64,000 nt of DNA from Bacteroidales bacterium (lineage in GTDB: Bacteria > Bacteroidota > Bacteroidia > Bacteroidales > JAADJA01), in NCBI GenBank assembly GCA_041393255.1, contig JAWKKM010000025.1, positions 6,850 through 70,849 of the forward strand, read 5' to 3'. Each line of letters opens with the position of its first letter. Position 1 is the stretch's first letter. The notes below the pieces were generated by a model. The model did not search any database. It had not been told where the DNA came from and saw only the letters and a list, made by a program, of their open reading frames with translations. The translations under genes were made by a program, and so were the position numbers. Positions 42,367 to 49,815 of the stretch are shown here, in pieces.

Positions 42367-42744
42367 GGCCTAACGAAATCTTATTGGTATTATTTAAGAA
42401 TGGCCTGGCATGGTATGTATGTCCGTGCAGGCGATAATTCTTATTGTATCAAAAGAAAGATTTTTGAACCCGGTGTAACTTACATTACAGCTTTAGTGGG
42501 TATTTATTTTGGATAACCCCATGACCACGCTTGACATATCAAAAAATCAAAAGATAATACACTTAAGTAATGAAGGAGTATTTCTCGATTTGTGTCTGGA
42601 CATTGCCTTTTCCACCATCAGAACTTAACTAACAAACTTCCGGCATCTTTTGATGGTTTTGTAATTTGTGAATAATATATCATTTATTAATACTGTACTT
42701 TATTTGGCCCCAAATGGCGCAAGGCCCCCCTGTGCCCACCCAAA

Positions 42745-42860
42745 ACTCAGCATAGTCTCACGGCTACACCGCTTGTAGGAACCAGCAATCTCCGAATACT
42801 ACCTATTCACACTTGCCCTCCAGAAGCTTCAGCGCAGGAGGGCCCATCAATAGCCAATTG
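42745..42860. repeat. R-block copy C (truncated), at the 3' border of cassette B
   Basis: CTCAGCATAGTCTCACGGCTACACCGCTTGTAGGAACCAGCAATCTCCGAATACTACC...GCCCTCCAGAAGCTTCAGCGCAGGAGGGCC is colinear with 28937-29030 and 36201-36412. Confidence 0.75.
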
Positions 42861-43049
42861 CTCCCCGTCATTGCGAGCGCAGCGAAGCAATCTGATACAA
42901 AGTTTCAACTCCCCGTCATTGCGAGCACAGCAAAGCAATCTGTATTAAGCTACAACTCCCCGTCATTGCGAGCGCAGCGAAGCAATCTGTACAAAGTTTC
43001 AACTCCTCGTCATTGCGAGCACAGCGAAGCAATCTGTATAAAGTTGCAA
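42861..43049. repeat. tandem array of four 47-48-bp REP units
   Basis: The units are 42861-42908, 42909-42955, 42956-43002 and 43003-43049. Each reads CTCCCCGTCATTGCGAGC(G/A)CAGC(G/A)AAGCAATCTG + TA.AAAGTT.CAA. The same core also forms the MITE-like element at 29249-29381. Confidence 0.85.
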
Positions 43050-43166
43050 CTCAAGCAACCGCGATGCCGTTGGCTGCGTCACACCCAAAAGCCTTGCCAG
43101 CCTCGCCTTCGTCATCAACGGAGGCAGCTGTTCACCAATCAATTTCCCAATATGAACCCGCTCCAT
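42999..43166 (-). CDS. 55-codon HTH (XRE-like) mini-ORF, probably a truncated DNA-binding gene whose 3' end is replaced by REP sequence
   Basis: My manual reverse-complement translation is MERVHIGKLIGEQLPPLMTKARLARLLGVTQPTASRLLELQLYTDCFAVLAMTRS*. TKARLARLLGVTQPTASRLLE fits a helix-turn-helix. The last ~15 codons are encoded by the REP unit. 43050-43166 is about 56% GC by hand count, in an AT-rich context. It falls below the ORF-track length cut-off. Confidence 0.4.
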   Translation of the reverse strand: MERVHIGKLIGEQLPPLMTKARLARLLGVTQPTASRLLELQLYTDCFAVLAMTRS

Positions 43167-43185
43167 AATATTTTAGTTTCTTATA

Positions 43186-43458
43186 AAACTAACAAATTAT
43201 GTTAGTTTATTAAGCAGTTACTTTAATTTACTAAACACTTACTTCAACCTTTTAAACATTATCTTTAATTTATTAAACCTCGACTTTATTTATCTAACTA
43301 CATACTTCTATTTCTTAAGCACGGGCTTTAATTTCTTATACCTGTATTTTAATTATCTAAACACAGACGTTAATTATTTAAGCCTGATCTTTAATTTGGT
43401 TAACCTCAATAGCTATTTATTAAGCCTCGAAAGTAATTTGTTAAACGGGTTGCACAGA
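43186..43458. repeat. 13 head-to-tail, exactly phased 21-bp units, consensus TTnTTAARC-N5-CTTTAAT, non-coding
   Basis: The TAA cores lie at 43190, 43211, 43232, 43253, 43274, 43295, 43316, 43337, 43358, 43379, 43401, 43421 and 43442, so the spacing is 21 bp (20-22 at one pair). Example units are ttattaagcagttactttaat, ttcttaagcacgggctttaat and tatttaagcctgatctttaat. Stop codons occur in all six frames. Confidence 0.85.
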
Positions 43459-43527
43459 CAACCGGATGGGTGTTAGAAATACGTCCCGCAAAAAATGATT
43501 TACAGTATTACCTATACCTGCTCACCT

Positions 43528-44451
43528 TCAAACTCGAAACCGCAGCATCAATATCAATGAAACCTGAGATTTGGCAGATTCAGAAAAATTAGGGGTTTGG
43601 TACAAGCCCTTGTCAATTTTATTAAAGCCATCAATATCACGTCCCGAAAGAATAGTGGAAGTACGCAATTCACAGGCCGATGCAAAGGGGACTTTGATTT
43701 CAATGGCACTGGCGCCGGCATCAATCGTTACCCTTGTATGATTGTATAAATCGCCCAGCTTAAGTTCAACTTTTGATGCACCTCCGTCCAACTCAATTTT
43801 TTCAACTTTAAACGGACTAAGGTCCATTTCAAGATTGGCAGCCCCCACATCCACATTGAGTTTCCATACCGGCCCCGAATTCAGGTATAGCCAGGCATCG
43901 TTGTGAATTTTACCACGGTTGTAAGTTAGGTTTTTTTGGTTGATATCAATGGTGGCCGTAGAATTGCCCTGGGAAGTCAATACTTCAAAAGGGCCTGCAT
44001 TGCCTTCACTCTTAAACTCAAACAGCTCTGTGGTTTCATTCTCAACAATAAAATTGCCCACTGCTGCATTAAGGTTCAATCGGGCAGTGGAAATGTTCTC
44101 ATCTGGAGGTTCAGAAAAGTTTTGATCGTCCCATGAATATTCCTCATGATCTTCATCATCGTCATAATCCCGGTCATATTTATAGGAAAAATTATCAGGC
44201 CACCACCAGTTGTTTTTACTTCCCGGATGGTTCACCAAAATCAGTACCGCAAAAAATATTGCAACTACCGATAAGGTTAGCTTCATAAACGCTTTAACCG
44301 GCAATAGTGAGATGCCCCAAAAGATAAAAATAAAAGGCCACAGCTTAAATATGGAATGCCAGTTGAAAAAGAAAATATCAAAGTTTCTCAAGGTAAAAAG
44401 TACCCCAAGAGTGAGTAGCAAAACGCCCCAGAAAATTTCACCTTTTTTCAT
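43528..44451 (-). CDS. LiaF-like / toastrack-type membrane protein (cell-envelope stress family)
   Basis: 307 aa. The N-terminal TM region reads GVLLLTLGVLFTLRNFDIFFF..WPFIFIFWGISLL. An acidic linker follows. The C-terminal repetitive beta-strands are LNAAVGNFIVE, VDVGAANLEMDL, LDGGASKVELKLG and IDAGASAIEIKV. It lies immediately downstream of a PspC-domain gene. Confidence 0.5.
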   Translation of the reverse strand: MKKGEIFWGVLLLTLGVLFTLRNFDIFFFNWHSIFKLWPFIFIFWGISLLPVKAFMKLTLSVVAIFFAVLILVNHPGSKNNWWWPDNFSYKYDRDYDDDEDHEEYSWDDQNFSEPPDENISTARLNLNAAVGNFIVENETTELFEFKSEGNAGPFEVLTSQGNSTATIDINQKNLTYNRGKIHNDAWLYLNSGPVWKLNVDVGAANLEMDLSPFKVEKIELDGGASKVELKLGDLYNHTRVTIDAGASAIEIKVPFASACELRTSTILSGRDIDGFNKIDKGLYQTPNFSESAKSQVSLILMLRFRV

Positions 44452-44456
44452 TTCTA

Positions 44457-44909
44457 TTAATTATTATATCGGTTGTAGCTTTTGGATATTAAAATCACCC
44501 CGATTACAATTAAAATAACCGGCCACAGATCGCCGAAATCAATTCGGGGAACAAACCTGTCAATTAAAAAAAGAACGCCCAAAGTTATGAGGATTAACCC
44601 ACCCCATAAATTGGAATTATTCTTTTGTTGGTTTTTCTGATGTTCATTACTTTCATCAGGAATTTCAAAATCATTTTTTTCTTCAGCCATAGTATTGGTA
44701 TTTGATTGATTAGTGTATGCAATATTTTCAACCGGTATCGCAATCCACAGGATGATGTAGACCAGCAGGCCACTACCCCCCACAAAAAAATGCAACAGCA
44801 AACAAAACCCTGAAAAGGACAGGCGTCCGCTTTCAGGTAACGCCAAGGCCACCACAAACACCGGCAATAACAGAATTGCGATTACTCGGTATAAACGAGA
44901 TTGTTCCAT
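44457..44909 (-). CDS. PspC-domain membrane protein; the ORF is open but its N-terminal PspC motif is scrambled by compensating indels
   Basis: The frame-A ORF has ..FFVGGSGLLVYIILWIAIP (the end of the PspC domain). The canonical motif SNRNSVIAGVCGGLGV and the segment PVLFRVLFAVAFF are readable only in a second frame, and YLKAD only in a third. All of this falls between about 44770 and 44890. Confidence 0.7.
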   Translation of the reverse strand: MEQSRLYRVIAILLLPVFVVALALPESGRLSFSGFCLLLHFFVGGSGLLVYIILWIAIPVENIAYTNQSNTNTMAEEKNDFEIPDESNEHQKNQQKNNSNLWGGLILITLGVLFLIDRFVPRIDFGDLWPVILIVIGVILISKSYNRYNN

Positions 44910-45323
44910 AATTAGAATTTACAAATATAAATCTTTTTACCAGAAATAACCACCCCAATGCAGAACGTACAAGCCAAAAAACATAAGTTCAATATCTTTT
45001 TCAACGCCCTGTAAGGGATCCCAGATCAAACTTGTTAGGATAAAACCCACAGAGACCCTCCTTCCACTCAGATCAGTCGGACTTTTAAAAATTTGATTCT
45101 CAAAATTAAAGTCTTACTGATTTATGATGACGCAGAATTACCATTCCCGTTACAAAATTCAGAACAATTTTTAATATCATTTGTTAAGACTGTAATAGTA
45201 AAGTTATTTTGACAAATGTCTAAAAAAGCAGGTTTTTACATATAAGGTTAAGAAAATCTAAAATTTGTTTACTATTTTTACCATCATTTTTAACAATATT
45301 CAAATTAATAGTAAATCATTAAC

Positions 45324-46686
45324 ATGACAGGTGAAAGAATTCAAAATGGTGAATGGGCAATTAAATGTTCCCGGAACAACCCATTATCCCATTTATTAAG
45401 GAGACGGAACAGGTCCGGATATTTGGCGATCATCACAAAACGTATTTGATGCCGCCGTAGAAAAAGCGTATAACGGGAAAAGAAAAGTTATTTGGAAAGA
45501 AGTATATGCGGGTGAAAACGCATTCAACAAATACGGTGAGTGGCTTCCTGACGAAACAGTAGAAGCTTTCAAAGAATACCTTGTTGGTATTAAAGGCCCC
45601 CTCACAACCCCTGTGGGAGGAGGTATCCGGTCGCTCAATGTTGCCTTGCGTCAATTGCTCGATCTTTATGTTTGCCTGAGTCTAAGTATGTTCACGGAGT
45701 CCCTTCTCCGTAGTAAAACCCGAAGACGTTGACATTGTTATTTTCAGAGAGAACACCGAAGATATTTATGCCGGAATTGAATGGGCAGAAGGGTCCGAAG
45801 GGGTTAAGAAAATGATTGATTTCATACAGAACGAAATGGGTGTGAATAAAATCCGCTTCCCCGAAACTTCCGGTATTGGGATCAAACCCATTTCAAAAGA
45901 AGGTTCGTCCAGGCTCATCAAAGCAGCCATTGAATATGCACTTGCAGAAGGAAGAAAATCACTGACCCTGGTTCACAAAGGGAACATCATGAAATTTACC
46001 GAAGGAGCCTTCAAAAGTTGGGGTTACGAGCCTGCCGTCAAAGATTTCCGCGGCCAAATCGTTACCCAGCGCGAAAAAGCCGGATTATTGATAACAAAGA
46101 CAACGATCCCGATCTTTCCATCGAAGAAAATGCTAAAATGTTTGAGCCGGGCTATTTCATGATGACCGAAGACCAGCAGAAGGTCATCAGGGAAGAAGTA
46201 GAAGAAGCGATGAAATTGATGCCAACCCATGGTAACGGACAATGGCAAAACAAACTCATGGTCAAAGATGCCATAGCCGACATTACCCTGCAACAAGTAC
46301 TTACCCGTGCCAGCGAATTTGATGTAGTCGCAACCATGAACCTCAACGGGGATTACCCGATGCGCTTGCCGCGCAGGTTGGTGGCATTGGAATTGCACCC
46401 GGAGCCAATATCAACTACATAACCGGCCACGCAATTTTTGAAGCCACCCACGGAACGGCACCCAAATATGCCGGGCTTGACAAAGTGAATCCCGGATCAG
46501 TTATCCTTTCTGGTGCGATGATGTTCAAGTATTTAGGATGGAACGAAGTACACGATTTGATTTGGGAAGGGATTGGTTAAATCCGTTAGCCAGAAAAAAG
46601 TAACCTATGATTTTCATCGTTTGATGAAAGGAGCTCAATTGTTGAAATGCTCCGAATTTGGTAAAGCTATTATTGAGAATATGTAA
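45324..46686 (+). pseudogene. icd: NADP-dependent isocitrate dehydrogenase (homodimeric Icd type), many frameshifts
   Basis: Icd text is readable only by hopping frames: MTGERIQ / MVNGQLNVP.. / [93 protein letters not shown] / ..[21 protein letters not shown].. / ..[22 protein letters not shown] / ..[10 protein letters not shown] / ..[46 protein letters not shown].. (stop 46684-46686). At least 6 frame changes. Confidence 0.85.
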
Positions 46687-46705
46687 CTTATAACACAATT
46701 GTTTC

Positions 46706-48033
46706 ATGCCCACTTTAAAGGACAACCATACGAAAAAATAGAAGAATTCAGGCCCAGGACTGAAAGGCTTCTCAATGAATACGGCGATGTCGTAATCGAT
46801 CAGGTGACCATTTCACAAGCTATTGGCGGAATGCGAGGAGTGAAAAGCCTTGTTACTGACATTTCTTATCTCGACCCGGATGAAGGAATTCGATACAGAG
46901 GTTATACTCTTCAGGAGGTTTTCGACTTGCTTCCAAAACCAAAAGGCTCAGAAGTACCTTTTGTTGAAGGATTGTTTTTTTTGCTCAGGATATCCCAACC
47001 GAAGCGGAAGTAATGGACGTGGTTGATGAGTTTAGCAAAAGAAGAATCATTCCTGGCAGACATTTACGAGGTAATTGATTCCTTCCCGTGTTGCAGCCAT
47101 CCCATGACCATTTTTTCGACGGCGATATTATCCATGCAGTAGAACGTTTTTTACCAAAAAGTATTACGCCGGAATGAACAAAAAAGATTATTGGGATCCT
47201 ATGTATGAGGACTCTCTAAACCTTTTAGCCAAATTGCCTGAAATTGCAACCTATATTTATGTGACCTATCAGGAGATGGTAAGCGATTCAATCCAACTTC
47301 TGGCCAACCCGGATTTTGGTGCAAATTTGCATTTATGATGGATAAAACCAAAGCCCTACGATGATGTTTCAAGGTTTCATTTCATCATCCACAGTGATCA
47401 TGAAAAAGCGGTAACGTTAGTGCACATACCGGCCATTTGGTGGCGAGTTCACTTTCGGATATTTACCTGTCTATTTCGGCTATGATCAATGGACTTGCCG
47501 GCCCGCTTCACGGACTTGCAGCCCATAGTGTTCTTCAATGGTTACACGACCTGATTGAGCGTATGGGTGGCGCATCGGTTATCCCATCCGAAGATGAAAT
47601 CAACAATTCGCTTGGAAACTTAATTCAGGTCAGGTAATTCCGGTTTCCGGGCTATGCTGTTTGAGAAAACCGATCCTCGGTATACCTTTTACAAAGAGAG
47701 TTTAGCTCGAAACATTTAAAGGATGACCCCATATTTAAATATGTTGACATTCTTTACAAAGTAGTTCCACCAATTTTACAGGAGCACGGTAAAGCCAAAA
47801 ATCCTTGGCCAAACGTAGATGCTCAATCTGGAGTTATACAATGGCATTATGGAGTTCGTGAATACGATTTCTATACCGTATTATTTGGAGTTGGCAGGGC
47901 AATTGGTATTAGTGCCAACATTATTTGGGACAGGGCATTGGGCTACCCGCTCGAAAGGCCCAAATCGCTAACAACCGATATGCTTGAACAAATTGCAGGA
48001 ATTAAAGGCCCAAAGAAACCGTCTAAAAAATAA
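46706..48033 (+). pseudogene. gltA: citrate synthase (eukaryotic-like type common in Bacteroidota), many frameshifts
   Basis: Fragments include MPTLKD.. / YEKIEEFRPRTERLLNEYGDVVIDQVTISQAIGGMRGVKSLVTDISYLDPDEGIRYRGYTLQEVFDLLPKPKGSEVPFVEGLFF / ..KKYYAGMNKKDYWDPMYEDSLNLLAKLPEIATYIY / ..IIHSDHE / [38 protein letters not shown]... A clean 3' part runs from about 47715: [44 protein letters not shown]...[16 protein letters not shown] (stop 48031-48033). Confidence 0.85.
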
Positions 48034-48084
48034 AAACTGGACATTAAATAAAGAAATTTCTGAATAGGCCTTTTCATTTCAGGA

Positions 48085-48519
48085 ATGCAAACAAAGGGAT
48101 TTTGGCTCATGATAACACAAACAGAATTTCAGCTTCCACCATACAACAGGGGATTTCATTTGATCACCCGCCTTATCGAAAAGCAACTGCCCGATCTGCC
48201 CCAAACTGGTATGATCAACCTATTTATTCAACACACCTCAGCCGGATTAACCCTCAACGAAAATGCCGACCCCACAGTAAGGACCGATTTCGAATCCGTC
48301 TTCAACAACCTCGTTCCTGAAGGCAAAAGTTATTACCGCCATACCATGGAAGGCCCCGACGATATGCCGGCCCATATCAAATCATCCATAGTCGGACAAT
48401 CCATAACCATCCCAATTACCAATCACCGATTAAACCTCGGCACCTGGCAAGGCATCTACCTGTGCGAATTCCGCAATCATGGCGGAAGAAGAAGGATCAT
48501 CGCCACCCTGTTCTCTTAA
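48085..48519 (+). CDS. yjbQ: YjbQ/UPF0047 family protein (secondary thiamine-phosphate synthase)
   Basis: Family pattern IQHTSAGLTLNENADPTVRTDFESVFNNLVPE...YRHTMEGPDDMPAHIKSSIVGQSITIPITNHRLNLGTWQGIYLCEFR. The true start is probably ATG 48109 (MITQTEF). Confidence 0.85.
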   Translation: MQTKGFWLMITQTEFQLPPYNRGFHLITRLIEKQLPDLPQTGMINLFIQHTSAGLTLNENADPTVRTDFESVFNNLVPEGKSYYRHTMEGPDDMPAHIKSSIVGQSITIPITNHRLNLGTWQGIYLCEFRNHGGRRRIIATLFS

Positions 48520-48779
48520 CACCACTCTCCTAATGTACCTAAAAACGCTGCAATCCAATCAAAAAACACCATGCCCCTTTTCACACCCCAGCCCTGCCCC
48601 TCCTGCCATTTCGAACGAAGTGAGAAATCCCCCACAACAAACCAACGCATCATTGAAGCACTATTACCTTGAACCATTAAATCATAGTAGCATTCATTCA
48701 TTTCCAACTATTTCCTTCATGCAATAATTTTAGTCAGAAATTCCTCCCAATCCCCAAAATTTACTACTTTGGTCACACC

Positions 48780-49370
48780 ATGATATGGATATACATATTA
48801 GCCCCACTGCTTGCCATCATTGTATGGTTGCTGCTTGCTACACTTTATATCCGGGTCAGCACGGTCAACAATACTTACACTGTTGGGTTAAAAGGATTCT
48901 TCAAGATCAGCCTCCTCCCCGATGAAAAAGAATACATCATTATTCGTATCAGGATAGTGGGTTTCAATTCCGTCTTTTATCCACTCAAACCCATAGAGAA
49001 AAAAACCAGGAAAAAGAAAAAAAAGAAAATTAAGGTCAGAAAGAACAAGATGACAGGCCTGTTTGTTTTCCGTTATTTTCTAAAACTTGCTATCAGTGCC
49101 ATTCGATCCTGGAAAATAAAAAGCCTGAAAATCAACATTGACACAGGCGATGTAATAAAAAACGCTTACTTAATTCCCATATTCGTTGGCGTCAACGTCA
49201 AAAAAAACATTAATTTTACAGTAAATTATCAAAGCGAGATGAACCTGGAAGTGGATGTTGAAAACAACCTTTTCCGTATTCTGAAAGTAGTATTATTAGC
49301 ATATTTCAAATACAAAATATTTATACGTCATGGAAATAAATTTAGAAGAAACACTCAACAAGGTCATTGA
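48780..49370 (+). CDS. membrane protein, possibly DUF2953 (YtfI-like)
   Basis: 196 aa with an N-terminal TM helix and a Lys-rich linker (KKTRKKKKKKIKVRKNK). The assignment rests mainly on its position immediately upstream of, and overlapping, a GerW/YtfJ-family gene, as with ytfI-ytfJ in Bacillus. Confidence 0.4.
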   Translation: MIWIYILAPLLAIIVWLLLATLYIRVSTVNNTYTVGLKGFFKISLLPDEKEYIIIRIRIVGFNSVFYPLKPIEKKTRKKKKKKIKVRKNKMTGLFVFRYFLKLAISAIRSWKIKSLKINIDTGDVIKNAYLIPIFVGVNVKKNINFTVNYQSEMNLEVDVENNLFRILKVVLLAYFKYKIFIRHGNKFRRNTQQGH

Positions 49371-49713
49371 CCAGCTGCAAAATGTAGCCAGAACCGAAAC
49401 CGTTATCGGAGAACCTTTCAAGCTTGGTGAATTCGAATGTGTCCCCGTGATTAAAATCGGCATGGGATTCGGAAGCGCAGGAGGCGGTGGCGAAAGCGAA
49501 AAAAAAGGAGGAAGCAAAGGTGGTGGTGCCGGTGCAGGAATTGGATTGGAGCCCATTGGCTTCCTCGTATCCAAAGGAAGTGAAATTTCAATGGTTAGCG
49601 TATCCCGCTCAAAAGGAATGCAATCCATTTTCGAAAAAGTTCCTGATCTCCTTGAAAAACTCATGCAAATGAAAAAAGACAAAGACGAAAACAAAAAAAG
49701 CAAGAAAGATTAA
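49330..49713 (+). CDS. GerW/YtfJ-family protein
   Basis: 127 aa. TETVIGEPFKLGEFECVPVIKIGMGFGSAGGGGE...GGGAGAGIGLEPIGFLVSKGSEISMVSV matches the Spore_YtfJ pattern of Gly-rich loops between conserved strands. Confidence 0.7.
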   Translation: MEINLEETLNKVIDQLQNVARTETVIGEPFKLGEFECVPVIKIGMGFGSAGGGGESEKKGGSKGGGAGAGIGLEPIGFLVSKGSEISMVSVSRSKGMQSIFEKVPDLLEKLMQMKKDKDENKKSKKD

Positions 49714-49815
49714 TCGAGATAGAACCAGTACTTTTTGCTCAAGGCATTTTAACCATTGCAAATTCCTGGTATTCCCATTCTCAGACTATTCTTTCTTTGC
49801 ACAAAACCAATTCTT

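Noticed and set aside
42861-43049. Possible CRISPR array (regularly spaced repeats).
   Set aside because: The whole 47-48-bp unit is conserved, including the ~15-nt linker. There are no unique spacers of plausible length and no cas genes nearby. The core is a REP motif also found elsewhere.
42813-43205. 130-aa + strand ORF from the track. The same applies to 29160-29495, 29227-29415, 29279-29473, 36129-36461, 36359-36604 and 36546-36761.
   Set aside because: These are translations of GC-rich REP/R-block repeats (SLRAQRSNL, LRSFSAGGP and similar). They have no start context and overlap each other on both strands.
43186-43458. The 21-bp periodicity read as a heptad-repeat coding sequence.
   Set aside because: Every unit contains TAA/TTAA, which gives stop codons in all six frames.
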